A DNA stretch of 64,000 nucleotides from a virus (lineage: Duplodnaviria; Caudoviricetes). Below the pieces are notes generated by a model that worked only from the letters and a program-made list of their open reading frames with translations, was not told where the DNA came from and ran no database searches. The position numbers and the translations under genes are program-made. This document shows, piece by piece, positions 18,843 to 32,149 of the stretch (positions within the stretch are counted from its first letter, which is position 1; each line of letters starts with the position of its first letter). Where the stretch lies: IMG/VR virus record IMGVR_UViG_3300042397_001305, positions 694-64,693 of that record, one strand, 5' to 3'.

Positions 18843-21800
18843 CTAACAAGTCCTATCTATATGAAATGTGTAAGAATATTTTATTGTAGATGCAATTTGA
18901 GAAACCGTATTTAAACCAGCAGTAAAAAAATCAGTACAAGCAGATATAAATTCATTTTCTCCCAATGTATATGAAACCCCAAAACAAACATATCCTGCAC
19001 CACCTGGACCATCAATATATTCGTCTTGACCAATACCTAACACATCTATATTATCAAATTCACCATCCGTAACGTTATTACATCTATACAATGAGAATCC
19101 GGAACCAAAATCGTCACCTGAGCTAAAATCTGAAATCCAAGCAACACCACATAAGGTAATAACATCACCTGGGACTAAATCCATAGGTACTGGAATTAAA
19201 CAATTGCTATTTTCAATAGGAATTGGGTCATTTCTTTCTTTACCAAATTGGGTTAGTACGTTAAGGTCACAAGCATCCCAACCACAGTCTTTATTACCTA
19301 TATACCATTCTGTTGAGGACTGATTTGCCCCAACTAAGAATGCTCCTGAGTGCGAAGCAATTAAGTTATACTCGTGAGTACATCCTCCACCACCTCCACC
19401 GGCAAGTCCTGAGATACCCTGTGGTCCTTGACTTCCGACAAGACCTGAAATACCACTTCTACCTGAAATTCCTGAAGTTCCGCTAGCTCCCGCAACACCA
19501 TCTATACCGTTTATCCCTGAAATACCTGAAGTTCCGTTTGAACCTGCAATACCTGAAATACCTGACGTTCCATTTGAACCCGCAGAACCTGCAATACCTG
19601 AAATACCTGACGTTCCATTTGAACCCGCAGAACCTGCAATACCTGAAATACCTGACGTTCCATTTGAACCTGCAGAACCTGCGATACCTGAAATACCTGA
19701 AGTTCCATTCGAACCTGCTGAACCTGCGATACCTGAAATACCTGAAGTTCCATTCGAACCTGCAATACCACTAATACCACTTCTACCTGAAATACCTGAA
19801 ATACCTGAAGTTCCATTCGAACCTGCTGAACCTGCTATACCTGAAATACCTGAAGTTCCATTCGAACCTGCTGAACCTGCTATACCTGAAATACCTGAAG
19901 TTCCATTCGAACCCGCAGAACCTGCGATACCTGAAATACCTGAAGTTCCATTCGAACCTGCTGAACCTGCTATACCTGAAATACCTGAAGTTCCATTCGA
20001 ACCTGCAATACCACTAATACCACTTCTACCTGATAAACCTGAAATACCTGAAGTACCGTTTGAACCTGCTATACCTGAAATACCTGAAGTTCCATTCGAA
20101 CCCGCAGAACCTGCGATACCTGAAATACCTGAAGTTCCATTCGAACCCGCAGAACCTGCGATACCTGAAATACCTGAAGTTCCATTCGAACCCGCAGAAC
20201 CCGCTATACCTGAAATACCTGAAATACCTGTTGGTCCAACAGCTCCATCTACGCCATTAACTCCGGATATCCCACTTCTACCTGAAGTTCCTGATAAACC
20301 ACTTGCCCCTGAAGTTCCTGATAAACCACTAATACCTGATTGACCTGAAGTTCCTGATAAACCACTGATTCCTGATGTACCAACCAATCCTGATAATCCT
20401 GAAGTACCACTAGCACCTGAAGTACCTGATAAACCACTAATACCTGAAGTTCCGCTAGCACCTGATAAACCACTTATACCTGAGATTCCACTTCTACCTG
20501 ATAAACCACTGATTCCTGATGTACCAACCAATCCTGATAATCCTGAAGTTCCGCTAGCACCTGAAATACCGCTAATACCAGAAGTTCCACTTAAACCACT
20601 AATACCCGAAGTTCCTGATAAACCTGAAGTTCCACTTGCACCTGAAATACCACTAATACCTGATTGACCACTAGTTCCGGATAATCCACTTAATCCTGAA
20701 ATACCTGAAGTTCCAATTAATCCGCTGATACCACTTCTACCTGAAGTTCCTGATAAACCTGAAAGACCTGACTGACCTGATAAACCACTAATACCGCTTT
20801 GACCTGAAGTTCCACTTGTTCCTGATAATCCACTGATACCACTTTGACCCGAAGTTCCTGATAATCCTGAGATACCTGACGTTCCAATTAATCCGCTAAT
20901 ACCACTTGAACCTGACGTTCCACTTAATCCTGAAATACCCGATTGTCCGCTAGCTCCTGATAACCCTGAAGTTCCCGAAAGTCCTGATGTACCACTTAAA
21001 CCACTGATACCTGATTGTCCGCTAGTACCTGATAAACCTGAGATACCTGATGTTCCACTTGCTCCTGATAAACCTGAGATACCTGATGTTCCACTTGCTC
21101 CTGATAATCCACTAATACCTGATTGACCTGAAGTTCCAGATAATCCTGAAATTCCGCTTTGTCCTGAGGTACCACTTGTACCTGAAAGACCCGAAGTTCC
21201 TGATAAACCACTGATACCTGATTGACCGCTAGTCCCTGATAAACCTGAAGTTCCGCTCACCCCTGAAATACCACTAATACCTGATGTTCCAATTAATCCT
21301 GAAATACCACTTCTACCTGATGTTCCTGATAAACCGCTGATTCCACTTTGTCCTGATGTACCTGATAAACCTGATAAACCTGAAGTTCCACTTGTACCTG
21401 AAAGACCCGAAGTTCCTGATAATCCTGAAATTCCACTTTGACCGCTAGTACCACTTAAACCACTAACACCACTTTGACCTGATGTTCCTGATAAACCTGA
21501 AGTTCCACTAGTTCCTGAAAGACCACTTAAACCTGACTGACCTGAAGTACCTGATAATCCACTGATTCCACTTGAACCTGATGTTCCTGACAATCCTGAC
21601 AATCCTGAAATACCCGATAAACCTGAAGTTCCTGATTGACCCGAAAGTCCTGATGTTCCACTTATACCTGAAACACCTGATTGGCCGCTAGTTCCTGAAA
21701 GACCTGAAGTCCCTGAGGTTCCACTTAACCCTGAAATACCACTCGTACCCGAAGTTCCCGATAATCCTGAGATTCCTGAAGTACCACTTAATCCTGAAAT

Positions 21801-24800
21801 ACCTGATGTACCTGAAGTTCCTGATAAACCACTAATACCTGATTGACCTGATAATCCTGATGTTCCGCTAGTACCACTTAAACCACTAATACCACTTGAA
21901 CCTGAAGTCCCTGATAATCCTGAGATACCTGATTGACCGCTAGTACCTGATAAACCTGAAGTACCACTTGTTCCTGACAATCCTGAAATTCCACTATTTC
22001 CCGATAAACCTGAGATACCACTTCGACCACTAGTTCCTGATAATCCTGAAATACCTGATTGACCGCTAGTCCCCGATAATCCACTGATACCACTTGAACC
22101 TGATTGACCTGAAGTTCCTGATAAACCTGAAGTTCCACTTATTCCACTGATACCTGACTGACCCGAAAGTCCTGATGTTCCACTTATACCTGAGATACCT
22201 GATTGGCCGCTAGTTCCTGATAATCCACTGATTCCACTTGAACCTGATAAACCTGATGTACCTGATGTCCCACTAGTACCACTTAATCCGCTGATTCCAC
22301 TTTGACCTGAAGTCCCTGATAAACCGCTGATACCACTTTGACCACTAGTCCCTGAAAGACCTGATAACCCGCTAATACCGCTTTGTCCTGATGTTCCACT
22401 TAATCCTGAGATTCCCGATTGTCCGCTAGTTCCTGATAATCCTGATAAACCTGAAGTTCCACTTGCTCCTGAAATACCGCTAATACCTGATGTTCCAATT
22501 AATCCACTAATACCACTTTGACCGCTTGCTCCCGATAAACCACTAATACCACTTTGACCCGAAGTTCCACTTAATCCTGAAATACCTGACTGACCTGAAG
22601 TTCCTGATAAACCTGAAATCCCGCTAATACCTGATTGACCACTAGTCCCTGAAAGACCTGATAACCCGCTAATACCACTTTGTCCACTAGTCCCCGATAA
22701 TCCTGATGTACCACTATTTCCACTTAGACCCGATGTTCCTGATAAACCTGAAGTTCCACTTAAACCGCTGATACCTGATTGACCTGAAGTCCCTGAGGTT
22801 CCACTTAACCCTGAAGTCCCGCTTAATCCTGAAGTCCCGCTTAATCCTGAAATACCTGATGTACCTGAAGTTCCTGATAAACCACTGATTCCACTTGAAC
22901 CTGATAAACCTGATGTCCCACTAGTACCACTCGTTCCTGAAATACCACTAATACCTGATTGACCTGATAAACCTGAAATACCGCTTTGACCTGAAGTTCC
23001 TGATAAACCTGAGGTACCTGAAATACCGCTAATACCTGATTGACCTGAAGTACCACTAGTTCCTGATAATCCACTTATTCCGCTAGTACCACTTGTACCT
23101 GACAATCCACTTAATCCTGAAGTACCGGATGCTCCTGATAATCCACTGATTCCACTAGTCCCTGATAAACCGCTAATACCTGATTGTCCTGACGTTCCTG
23201 ATAAACCACTAATACCTGATTGACCACTAATTCCGCTCGTACCTGAAGTTCCTGATAAACCACTAGTACCACTCAATCCTGAAATACCTGATTGACCGCT
23301 AGTTCCTGATAAACCTGAAATTCCACTTGTGCCTGAAAGACCACTTATTCCACTTGAACCTGATAATCCTGATGTACCTGATGTCCCACTAGTACCACTT
23401 AATCCGCTAATACCGCTTTGACCCGAAGTACCTGATAAACCTGAAGTTCCACTTGAACCTGATAAACCACTAATACCTGATTGACCACTAGTTCCTGATA
23501 AACCTGATGTTCCACTTAAACCGCTAATTCCACTTTGACCGCTAGTTCCTGATAATCCTGAAATACCTGATGTTCCGGATAAACCACTAATACCGCTTGT
23601 TCCTGATGTTCCGCTTAATCCTGAGATACCTGAAGTACCACTAGTACCTGATAATCCACTTATTCCGCTGGTACCACTTGTACCTGAAAGACCACTATTT
23701 CCACTTAGACCGCTTATTCCACTTGAACCTGATAATCCTGATGTACCTGAAATACCACTTAATCCTGAAATACCTGATTGACCGCTATTTCCACTTAAAC
23801 CTGAAATACCTGACTGACCTGAGGTTCCGCTATCTCCCGATAATCCACTAATACCGGAAGTTCCGATTAAACCTGAGATTCCCGAAGTACCCGATGTTCC
23901 ACTTAATCCTGAAATACCTGATTGACCGCTAGTTCCGGATAATCCGCTTATTCCACTTTGACCTGAATCACCTGATAATCCTGAGATACCTGACTGACCA
24001 CTAGTACCGGATGTTCCGGATAAACCTGATGTTCCACTAGCCCCTGACAATCCTGAAATACCTGATTGACCTGAAGTACCACTGTCACCACTTAACCCTG
24101 AAAGTCCTGAGATACCGGATGTTCCGCTATTCCCTGATAATCCACTAACACCACTTTGACCTGACGTTCCTGATAAACCTGAAATACCACTAGTACCGGA
24201 TAACCCACTTGAACCTGATAAACCTGACGTTCCACTATCTCCACTTAATCCACTAATACCGGATGTTCCTAAAGTACCACCTATACCACTAATACCTGAT
24301 TGACCTGAAGTTCCCGATAAACCACTTAATCCGCTAATACCTGAATCTCCTGATAATCCACTTAAACCTGAAATACCACTAATACCTGAAGTCCCTGACA
24401 ATCCTGAAATTCCACTGATACCTGAAAGACCACTATTACCAATTGCTCCTACCGTTGTAACAACAAATGAGTAATATGAATTACCTTCAGTATAATAAAC
24501 AACTGAATGTGACGTTGAATCATTATTACTAAGATATAACCTAGCAATCATTCTATTTGTTGGGTCAATCGTTGTTGTTGGTAAAACAAGGTCAACATTA
24601 ACTTCGACAGGTACTACGGAACTAACCCAACCAATTAATGAAATATTTGTTGATATTGTTGGCCCAATAGGTGTTCCTGCCGAATTCGCTAATTGGATTT
24701 CAACGTAAGCATCAATATCATCATTTGATGCCGGTTTTAAATAATGTAAATGAAATCTTTGTACACCTGCAGGAATTACTGCAAAACCTAATTGTGGTGT

Positions 24801-27800
24801 TATATAATCAGCGACCAAAACATTTTGTTGGCCACTTGTTAAATTTGTTGTTAATGTTTGTGTAGTTGCCGTTGAAGGGATTCTTGATAAAACTTTATAT
24901 CCTGAAACGTCAGAATTTTGACTTTCATTAAAATAGTATGTTTGACCTGCAGTAATACCGTCTTGACCACTAATACCTGAAAGACCGCTTATCCCCGATA
25001 ATCCGCTATCACCACTTAATCCTGAAATACCTGAATCCCCCGAAAGTCCTGAAAGACCACTATCACCACTTAATCCTGAAATACCTGAGTCTCCCGATAA
25101 TCCGCTATCTCCTGATAAACCTGATGTCCCGCTATCTCCCGATAATCCACTAATACCTGAATCACCACTCAATCCGCTAATACCACTATCACCTGAAAGA
25201 CCTGAAATACCTGAATCTCCACTAAGACCGCTATCACCTGATAAACCTGATTCTCCTGACAACCCACTATCACCGGAAAGTCCTGAGTCCCCACTTAAAC
25301 CTGAAATACCCGATGTTCCTTCAATACCGGATAAACCACTATCTCCCGATAATCCTGATATACCGCTGTCTCCTGAAATACCACTAATACCCGAATCACC
25401 ACTTAAACCTGAAATACCACTATCTCCGGAAAGACCTGAATCACCACTTAATCCTGAAAGTCCTGAAAGACCTGAGTCCCCTGATAAACCACTAATACCA
25501 CTCTCACCTGAAAGTCCTGAGTCTCCTGACAATCCACTTAATCCACTATCACCTGATAATCCTGAGTCACCGCTAATACCTGATGTCCCTTCAATACCTG
25601 AAATACCACTATCACCACTTAAACCACTAATACCCGAATCTCCTGACAATCCTGAAAGACCACTATCTCCCGATAATCCGCTATCACCTGAAAGTCCCGA
25701 TGTTCCTTCAAGACCTGAAAGTCCTGATATACCTGAATCTCCTGACAATCCTGATGTACCTTCAATACCGGAAATACCGATGTCTCCTGATAATCCACTG
25801 ATACCACTATCACCACTTAATCCGCTAATACCTGAATCTCCTGATAACCCACTTAAACCGCTATCACCTGAAATTCCACTTAAACCGCTGTCACCTGATA
25901 ATCCGCTAATTCCGGAATCACCTGACAATCCTGAAAGACCACTGTCTCCTGATAAACCACTGATACCAGATGTTCCACTTAGTCCTGAGATACCTGAATC
26001 TCCACTTAATCCGCTAATACCCGAATCACCACTAAGACCGCTATCACCTGAAAGTCCTGAGTCCCCACTTAAACCTGAAATACCCGATGTTCCTTCAATA
26101 CCGGATAAACCACTATCTCCGGAAAGACCACTGATACCCGATGTTCCGGATAAACCTGAAACCCCACTATTTCCACTTATCCCACTAATACCGGAAGTTC
26201 CGTTTAATCCTGAAATTCCTGAAATACCACTTAAGGCTGCGGTTGTTAAAAGTATTGCCGAGAAATAACTAGCACTACCATTAGCACTACCATTTAAGTC
26301 AACACTACTTGAGTGACCATTATATGCGGTGAAATCTACATAATCAGTAGACCCATTAAAGTAAATTAGTTTACTATTACCCTGACTAACACCTGTAGGT
26401 GTTGTTATTTGATTTTGGTAAATAAATACTTGAGTACCATTTTTACGAATTTGTATGTTATATTGGTTGGTAGTAGACGTACTACCATTCCATAATACTT
26501 CTAATGTTACACTATAATAACCTGCAACCGTTGGGGTAAATCTATATGTTGATGTATTCCACCAGTTCTGTGGGTCAAAGTCATCAATAAACTGAATTAC
26601 TGTGTCCGATGTTGAAGGTATTGATTGGGCTGTTGATAAGTAACCTTGAGTAACATAATTACTTTGAGTTAATCCTGTCCCGGCAAGACCTTGTAAACCA
26701 CTATTTCCTGATAAACCACTTAAACCACTAATACCAGAATCACCGCTTAAACCTGAAAGTCCTGAATCTCCTGATAAACCTGAAATACCTGATGTCCCTT
26801 CAATACCACTATCACCTGATAACCCGCTAATACCACTTAAACCTGAAAGACCCGATGTTCCTTCAATACCACTATCTCCGGATAAACCTGAGATACCACT
26901 TGAACCATATATACCACTAATACCTGACGCTCCGTCTACACCTGCAATACCATCCGCACCTACTAAACCTGAAATACCACTATCACCACTTAACCCGCTA
27001 TCACCTGAAAGACCTGAATCTCCACTTAAACCTGATAATCCTGAAATACCTGAATCTCCTGATAATCCACTATCACCTGATAAACCACTAATACCTGAAT
27101 CTCCTGATAATCCACTATCACCTGATAATCCTGAAATACCTGAATCTCCCGAAAGACCTGAGTCTCCACTTAATCCACTAATACCTGAATCACCCGACAA
27201 TCCTGAAAGACCACTATCACCCGAAAGACCTGAGTCTCCCGATAATCCGCTGTCACCACTTAGTCCACTAATACCCGAATCACCACTTAATCCTGAAATA
27301 CCACTGTCTCCTGATAAACCACTAATACCACTATCTCCTGAAAGACCTGAGTCTCCACTTAAACCTGAAACACCACTATCACCTGATAAACCTGAGTCAC
27401 CACTTAATCCACTAATACCTGATATACCTTCAAGTCCTGATAACCCTGAATCTCCCGATAAACCTGAAATACCTGAAATACCTGATTCGCCCGAAAGACC
27501 TGAGTCTCCACTTAAACCACTATCACCTGAAATACCTGAGTCACCTGAAAGTCCCGAAGTCCCTTCAAGACCTGAAATACCACTATCTCCCAATAATCCT
27601 GAGATACCTGAATCACCACTTAAACCACTATCACCACTTAATCCACTAATACCTGAATCACCACTTAAACCTGAAATACCACTATCACCTGAAAGACCTG
27701 AGTCTCCCGATAAACCACTTAAACCGCTATCACCTGAAAGACCTGAGGTTCCTTCAATACCTGAAAGACCTGAATCCCCACTTAAACCGGAAATACCGCT

Positions 27801-30800
27801 ATCACCTGATAATCCACTAATACCCGAATCTCCTGATAAACCACTTAAACCTGAAATACCTGAGTCTCCTGACAATCCACTAATACCACTTAAACCGGAA
27901 TCACCTGATAAACCTGAGTCACCACTTAATCCGCTAATACCAGAATCACCTAAAAGTCCGCTAATACCTGATAACCCTGATTCTCCACTTAATCCGCTAT
28001 CCCCTGATAATCCTGAGATACCTGAGTCACCTGAGATACCTGATTCACCCGAAAGTCCACTAATACCTGAATCTCCGCTTAATCCACTATCCCCGGATAA
28101 ACCTGATGTCCCTTCAAGACCTGAAAGTCCCGAAGTTCCTTCAAGACCTGATATACCTGAATCACCTGATAATCCTGAGATACCTGAGTCACCTGATAAT
28201 CCTGAGTCACCTGATAATCCTGAGATACCACTATCTCCTGAAAGACCTGATATACCGCTATCACCCGATAATCCTGAAAGACCTGAATCCCCTGATAACC
28301 CACTAATACCCGATAGACCTGAATCACCCGATAAACCTGAATCACCTGATAGACCTGAGTCACCGGAAAGTCCACTAATACCTGAATCACCACTTAAACC
28401 ACTATCACCTGATAAACCTGAAATTCCACTTTGTCCTGAAGTTCCTGATAAACCACTTGAACCATATAAACCACTAATACCGGAAGCACCATCTACACCC
28501 GCAATACCATCTGCACCTACTAAACCTGATATACCTGAATCACCACTTAAACCTGAGTCTCCTGAAAGACCGCTAATACCTGAGTCACCTGAAAGTCCGA
28601 TATCTCCACTTAAACCTGACATACCTTCAAGTCCTGAGATACCACTATCACCTGATAATCCTGAATCTCCGATTAATCCGCTAATACCTGAAGTCCCTTC
28701 AAGACCTGAAAGACCTGAATCTCCACTTAATCCTGAGATACCACTATCACCTGAAAGACCTGAGATACCACTATCGCCACTAATACCACTATCACCTGAA
28801 AGTCCACTAATTCCTGATACACCATTGACTCCGGCAACGCCATTCGCACCAATTAACCCACTAATACCTGAATCTCCAATAATACCACTATAACCTGATA
28901 TACCTGAAGTACCTATGTCACCTGAAAGACCCGATAATCCCGAATCTCCGATTAATCCACTCACACCTGAAATACCTTCAAGACCTGAATCACCTGATAA
29001 TCCACTATTACCTGAAAGACCTGAAAGACCTGATTCCCCCGATAAACCTGATTCACCAGAAATACCTGATATTCCTTCAAGACCTGAAATTCCTTCAAGA
29101 CCCGATTCACCACTAATACCACTTAAACCACTAATACCCTCATAACCACTTAAACCTGATTCACCTGAATCACCACTTAAACCGGAAATACCGCTATCAC
29201 CTGAGATACCTGAGATACCTGAGATACCTGATATCCCCGAACCACCAATACCTAAAGTTGTTTGAGCAAATGAATAATGTTGTTCACTTTCAGATATAAA
29301 TGTTATTCTTCTAGCAACAACTAATAAGTTACTTGCTTGAACTTTAACAACTAATCTATCACTAACATTTAATGTATAACCGGTTTGGAAAATATCGCTA
29401 ATCTCCATCTGAATCAAATTACCATATCCAGTTACAAAAACAGGGTCTGATGAAAATATTAAAGTTTCAGTTGCACCTGTTGTTCTAATATAAACATCAC
29501 AAAATACTTCAAATGACGAAGATTGTAATTCTTTCGACATATGTAAGTAAAAAGACCAAAATCCTGAAGGAATTGCCGTCACCCCCGGTACACCCGGTGG
29601 AGTCATATATGTTTGGATTGTCGCAATAGAATTACCTGCAACTAATGTTGTTGCACTAGTTTGAATTAAAGTTGCTGGAGTTGTTGAAAATTCTTTGTAT
29701 GGAGACTGTGTCTCTGCCGTGTTAAAAAAGTAAATCGCCCCACCTGAACTACCATTGTTTCCTTGAATACCACTTTGTCCTGATAACCCTGAATCACCTT
29801 GTAATCCTGAGATACCAACTAAACCTGAATCACCACTTAAACCTGATGGTCCAGTACCACTTAAACCTGATAAACCTGAAGTTCCCGATATACCACTTCT
29901 TCCTGAAATACCGCTTAAACCGGAAATACCGTTAAGTCCCGAAACTCCAACACCATTTAACCCTGAAATACCTGAAACTCCAATACCGTTAAGCCCTGAA
30001 ATACCTGAAACTCCAATACCGTTAAGTCCCGAAATACCTGAGACACCAAAACCATTTAACCCTGAAATACCACGTAACCCGCTAAGACCTGAAGGACCAC
30101 GTAATCCACTAATACCTGAAATACCTCGTAACCCGCTAAGACCTGAAATACCACCACCGGATGTTATACCGGTAACAGATACTGTATTACCGTCGTTTCT
30201 ATATAAATCTAATGTTGAAGTTGCTGAGAAATAAGTACCTCCCGTAACAAATATATCTGTAGACGATGTTGCTAAAATTCTCCATCGAGCATTTGGTCGG
30301 GTTACCCCGTTTACGCCCTCAATAGTTGAACCTGTCCAAGCATTAATTAACGCTTGACCTGCAGGTGAGTTATTTTTAACTGTTGTCCCAAAATCTGAGA
30401 TTACTACAGTGTTTCCACCAATACCTGATGAAGCAAGAGCATTAGACCATAAAGTATTATAATTATCAATAGAATATTGGTAAATTTGGTTAGTTTGATA
30501 AACATAAACCAACATACCTAAACGTCGTCTTCCCGATGAAATATTATCAGAATTTAATGTTAATGTATTAAATGAAAATGGTGAACCATTACCAATAAAG
30601 AATTGGATTGGAATAGTGTTACCACTATTCTCAACATCACCGACGATATTAGGGGGGATTGTATAAACTAAATCATTTAGTGTATAAACCTCCATAAAAC
30701 CCCCTGTATTTAGAACACTAAAAGTTGTACCAAAGGTACTTGTACGTAATAACGATTGACTTCCAATAGAAATTAATGGGGATAATGGATTTTTATAATT

Positions 30801-30812
30801 TAAGTTAGACAT
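18843..30812 (-). CDS. 3989-aa Gly-X-Ser collagen-like fibre protein with a C1q domain and two paralogous globular inserts
   Basis: Long (G-X-S)n tracts; N-terminal [10 protein letters not shown] domain; C1q-like [34 protein letters not shown] at about 26232-26680; paralogous inserts at about 29236-29760 and 24437-24960; Cys-rich C-terminal domain. Confidence 0.8.
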   Translation of the reverse strand: MSNLNYKNPLSPLISIGSQSLLRTSTFGTTFSVLNTGGFMEVYTLNDLVYTIPPNIVGDVENSGNTIPIQFFIGNGSPFSFNTLTLNSDNISSGRRRLGMLVYVYQTNQIYQYSIDNYNTLWSNALASSGIGGNTVVISDFGTTVKNNSPAGQALINAWTGSTIEGVNGVTRPNARWRILATSSTDIFVTGGTYFSATSTLDLYRNDGNTVSVTGITSGGGISGLSGLRGISGISGLRGPSGLSGLRGISGLNGFGVSGISGLNGIGVSGISGLNGIGVSGISGLNGVGVSGLNGISGLSGISGRSGISGTSGLSGLSGTGPSGLSGDSGLVGISGLQGDSGLSGQSGIQGNNGSSGGAIYFFNTAETQSPYKEFSTTPATLIQTSATTLVAGNSIATIQTYMTPPGVPGVTAIPSGFWSFYLHMSKELQSSSFEVFCDVYIRTTGATETLIFSSDPVFVTGYGNLIQMEISDIFQTGYTLNVSDRLVVKVQASNLLVVARRITFISESEQHYSFAQTTLGIGGSGISGISGISGISGDSGISGLSGDSGESGLSGYEGISGLSGISGESGLEGISGLEGISGISGESGLSGESGLSGLSGNSGLSGDSGLEGISGVSGLIGDSGLSGLSGDIGTSGISGYSGIIGDSGISGLIGANGVAGVNGVSGISGLSGDSGISGDSGISGLSGDSGISGLSGDSGLSGLEGTSGISGLIGDSGLSGDSGISGLEGMSGLSGDIGLSGDSGISGLSGDSGLSGDSGISGLVGADGIAGVDGASGISGLYGSSGLSGTSGQSGISGLSGDSGLSGDSGISGLSGDSGLSGDSGLSGDSGLSGISGLSGDSGLSGLSGDSGISGLSGDSGISGLSGDSGLSGDSGISGLSGDSGISGLEGTSGLSGLEGTSGLSGDSGLSGDSGISGLSGESGISGDSGISGLSGDSGLSGESGLSGISGLLGDSGISGLSGDSGLSGDSGLSGISGLSGDSGISGLSGLSGDSGISGLSGDSGISGLSGDSGLSGIEGTSGLSGDSGLSGLSGDSGLSGDSGISGLSGDSGISGLSGDSGLSGDSGISGLLGDSGISGLEGTSGLSGDSGISGDSGLSGDSGLSGESGISGISGLSGDSGLSGLEGISGISGLSGDSGLSGDSGVSGLSGDSGLSGDSGISGLSGDSGISGLSGDSGISGLSGDSGLSGDSGLSGDSGLSGLSGDSGISGLSGDSGLSGDSGISGLSGDSGLSGDSGISGLSGDSGLSGDSGISGLSGLSGDSGLSGDSGLSGDSGISGLVGADGIAGVDGASGISGIYGSSGISGLSGDSGIEGTSGLSGLSGISGLSGDSGIEGTSGISGLSGDSGLSGLSGDSGISGLSGLSGNSGLQGLAGTGLTQSNYVTQGYLSTAQSIPSTSDTVIQFIDDFDPQNWWNTSTYRFTPTVAGYYSVTLEVLWNGSTSTTNQYNIQIRKNGTQVFIYQNQITTPTGVSQGNSKLIYFNGSTDYVDFTAYNGHSSSVDLNGSANGSASYFSAILLTTAALSGISGISGLNGTSGISGISGNSGVSGLSGTSGISGLSGDSGLSGIEGTSGISGLSGDSGLSGDSGLSGDSGISGLSGDSGISGLSGTSGISGLSGDSGLSGLSGDSGISGLSGDSGLSGISGDSGLSGLSGDSGISGLSGDSGISGLSGDIGISGIEGTSGLSGDSGISGLSGLEGTSGLSGDSGLSGDSGLSGLSGDSGISGLSGDSGISGIEGTSGISGDSGLSGDSGLSGLSGDSGLSGESGISGLSGDSGLSGLSGLSGDSGLSGDSGISGLSGDSGISGISGDSGISGLSGDSGLSGIEGTSGISGLSGDSGLSGDSGLSGESGLSGDSGLSGDSGISGLSGDSGISGLSGDSGISGLSGDSGTSGLSGDSGLSGDSGISGLSGDSGLSGLSGDSGISGLSGDSGLSGISGLSGISGQDGITAGQTYYFNESQNSDVSGYKVLSRIPSTATTQTLTTNLTSGQQNVLVADYITPQLGFAVIPAGVQRFHLHYLKPASNDDIDAYVEIQLANSAGTPIGPTISTNISLIGWVSSVVPVEVNVDLVLPTTTIDPTNRMIARLYLSNNDSTSHSVVYYTEGNSYYSFVVTTVGAIGNSGLSGISGISGLSGTSGISGISGLSGLSGDSGISGLSGLSGTSGQSGISGIGGTLGTSGISGLSGDSGTSGLSGSSGLSGTSGISGLSGTSGQSGVSGLSGNSGTSGISGLSGLSGDSGTSGQSGISGLSGASGTSGLSGTSGTSGQSGISGLSGDSGQSGISGLSGTSGQSGISGLSGTSGTSGISGLIGTSGISGLSGDSGTSGQSGISGLSGNSGQSGISGLSGISGTSGLSGSSGISGLSGNSGLSGTSGTSGISGLSGTSGTSGISGLSGTSGTSGISGLSGTSGISGLSGTSGQSGISGLSGTSGLSGTSGQSGISGLSGSSGTSGLSGTSGQSGISGLSGTSGTSGTSGLSGSSGISGLSGTSGISGLSGTSGQSGISGLSGTSGLSGTSGTSGISGQSGISGLSGTSGQSGISGLSGTSGISGLSGASGTSGLSGLSGTSGTSGISGLSGTSGTSGQSGISGISGTSGLSGTSGQSGISGLSGQSGISGISGTSGTSGTSGLSGSSGISGLSGTSGTSGISGLSGTSGLSGTSGLSGTSGTSGQSGISGLSGTSGLSGTSGLSGNSGTSGLSGTSGQSGISGLSGLSGTSGQSGISGISGLSGTSGQSGISGLSGTSGQSGISGLSGASGQSGISGLIGTSGISGISGASGTSGLSGLSGTSGQSGISGLSGTSGQSGISGLSGLSGTSGQSGISGLSGTSGQSGISGLSGTSGTSGTSGLSGSSGISGLSGTSGQSGISGISGTSGLSGQSGISGISGTSGLSGTSGQSGSSGISGLSGTSGQSGISGLSGTSGRSGISGLSGNSGISGLSGTSGTSGLSGTSGQSGISGLSGTSGSSGISGLSGTSGTSGLSGQSGISGLSGTSGTSGISGLSGTSGISGLSGTSGTSGISGLSGTSGTSGLSGTSGQSGVSGISGTSGLSGQSGTSGLSGISGLSGLSGTSGSSGISGLSGTSGQSGLSGLSGTSGTSGLSGTSGQSGVSGLSGTSGQSGISGLSGTSGLSGTSGTSGLSGLSGTSGQSGISGLSGTSGRSGISGLIGTSGISGISGVSGTSGLSGTSGQSGISGLSGTSGLSGTSGTSGQSGISGLSGTSGQSGISGLSGASGTSGISGLSGASGTSGISGLSGTSGQSGISGLSGTSGLSGTSGLSGASGQSGISGLSGTSGSSGISGLIGTSGISGLSGTSGQSGISGLSGTSGTSGQSGISGLSGQSGLSGLSGTSGRSGISGLIGTSGISGLSGLSGTSGQSGISGISGASGTSGLSGTSGISGLSGTSGISGISGASGTSGLSGLVGTSGISGLSGRSGISGISGLSGASGTSGISGLSGTSGASGTSGLSGLVGTSGISGLSGTSGQSGISGLSGTSGASGLSGTSGRSGISGVNGVDGAVGPTGISGISGIAGSAGSNGTSGISGIAGSAGSNGTSGISGIAGSAGSNGTSGISGIAGSNGTSGISGLSGRSGISGIAGSNGTSGISGIAGSAGSNGTSGISGIAGSAGSNGTSGISGIAGSAGSNGTSGISGIAGSAGSNGTSGISGISGRSGISGIAGSNGTSGISGIAGSAGSNGTSGISGIAGSAGSNGTSGISGIAGSAGSNGTSGISGIAGSAGSNGTSGISGIAGSNGTSGISGINGIDGVAGASGTSGISGRSGISGLVGSQGPQGISGLAGGGGGGCTHEYNLIASHSGAFLVGANQSSTEWYIGNKDCGWDACDLNVLTQFGKERNDPIPIENSNCLIPVPMDLVPGDVITLCGVAWISDFSSGDDFGSGFSLYRCNNVTDGEFDNIDVLGIGQDEYIDGPGGAGYVCFGVSYTLGENEFISACTDFFTAGLNTVSQIASTIKYSYTFHIDRTC
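19516..20225 (-). repeat. near-perfect 45-bp tandem repeat ([15 protein letters not shown] units) inside the fibre gene
   Basis: cctgaaatacctgaagttccattcgaacctgctgaacctgctata and close variants recur with a 45-nt period, with some shorter units. Confidence 0.85.
20226..30150 (-). repeat. degenerate 9-bp (Gly-X-Ser) coding repeat
   Basis: cctgaaata/ccacttaat/cctgataaa-type 9-mers throughout, interrupted by three globular domains. Confidence 0.9.
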
Positions 30813-30831
30813 ATTTTTTTTAAATTAATGG

Positions 30832-31710
30832 TTACGGAGAAATTGTATTTCCTCTAAAATAAATACTTTGATTATTGTTTAATGCGAAGATTCTATTCGG
30901 AAATGTTGTATAAACTTTATATGTGACAGGAGGAATTGTTGTTCCTGTATACGTAAATGTATATTGATTAATAACACCTTCCGTTAATACTGTTACTAAT
31001 GAATTAACGTCACCATCAGTACTAATATCTATAGAGGTTTGGGTTTGGTTATTTGTTAATGAAACAGGTATAATCCAAGTATACCAAGAAACATCAGAAA
31101 CAGTTCCTTGTGGTACTATGGTTGTTAAGAAATTATAAGCAACAATTGGTTGTCCAAAACTATCAAAACCTCCACTTTGTTGTGGTACTGATTGTCTAAT
31201 AATTGACGGGAATTGACCACTAGTCCAACCACTAAAATCAATATATCTATTCATATCAATATTAAACTGTGTTTGGTCTTGAGCTGGTTGAGAGTTATTT
31301 GAGAACCCAAAGAAATTAGAACCACCGTCATACATCCATTGTCCAATATCCATTGAACCATTTGTAGGTTCTATAAATAAATTGGCAAAATTTGCTGGTG
31401 TTGGGGTCGGGGTTGGCGTGTTTGTCGGAGTTTCTGTTGGTGTTGGAGTATTTGTTGGGGCGATTGTTAATGTCGGTGTTGGTGTAGGTGTCGGTGTTGC
31501 GGTCGCCGTTGGTTCATAATAATTTAATATACAAGTTTTATTAAACTGTGGTATGTATATTTTGTATTGACCATAATAATCATCAGTTTCATAATCATAC
31601 GGTAAAATATGTGAACCTAAATTTATCACACCACCAGTTGCCGGGTAAAATACAATGCTTCCACTATACCCACTATAATTCTCTGTTAATATTCTAAGGG
31701 TTTTTCCCAT
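30832..31710 (-). CDS. putative virion protein with Pro/Thr linker
   Basis: N-domain resembles 31730..32146 and C-domain resembles the end of 9330..11489; (PT)n tract. Confidence 0.65.
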   Translation of the reverse strand: MGKTLRILTENYSGYSGSIVFYPATGGVINLGSHILPYDYETDDYYGQYKIYIPQFNKTCILNYYEPTATATPTPTPTPTLTIAPTNTPTPTETPTNTPTPTPTPANFANLFIEPTNGSMDIGQWMYDGGSNFFGFSNNSQPAQDQTQFNIDMNRYIDFSGWTSGQFPSIIRQSVPQQSGGFDSFGQPIVAYNFLTTIVPQGTVSDVSWYTWIIPVSLTNNQTQTSIDISTDGDVNSLVTVLTEGVINQYTFTYTGTTIPPVTYKVYTTFPNRIFALNNNQSIYFRGNTISP

Positions 31711-31729
31711 ATTTTTTTATTTATTTTTT

Positions 31730-32146
31730 TTAATAGCAACCACAAGGATTTGTACACGTAGCCGATGGTGTTGGTGTATTTGTATTTGTTGGCGTATTTG
31801 TTGATGTTATTGTTGGTGTAGGTGTCGGTACTTTACAAGGGTCAAATGTTGGTGTTGGTGTCATTGTTGGTGTAACTGTTGGTGTTACCGTTCTTGTTAT
31901 TGTTGGAGTAACAGTTGGTGTTGGTGTAGGTTCAGGTACATTTATTATTATAGGACAATCTGACCCCTCAACTAAAATTGTGTAAGTTCCGTATACGTCA
32001 CGAGGAGGTGATAATAATGCAGGGTTAAATTCATAAGGTAGAATTTGATTACCTAAATTAATTACCACATTAACTTTTGACGGTTTAAATATGATATTTG
32101 CCGTCTCACCAATATGACTTACACTTTGTATTATTATTGAACTCAT
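31730..32146 (-). CDS. small Pro/Thr-rich (mucin-like) putative virion protein
   Basis: C-terminal half is almost entirely PT/PTxT and ends in CTNPCGCY. Confidence 0.65.
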   Translation of the reverse strand: MSSIIIQSVSHIGETANIIFKPSKVNVVINLGNQILPYEFNPALLSPPRDVYGTYTILVEGSDCPIIINVPEPTPTPTVTPTITRTVTPTVTPTMTPTPTFDPCKVPTPTPTITSTNTPTNTNTPTPSATCTNPCGCY

Positions 32147-32149
32147 CTT

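Noticed and set aside
19516-20225. Possible CRISPR array
   Set aside because: Contiguous in-frame coding repeats with no unique spacers and no cas genes in the window
19511-29145. Many short alternative-frame or antisense ORFs inside the fibre gene
   Set aside because: By-products of 9-bp periodic repeats that lack stops in other frames; no start context
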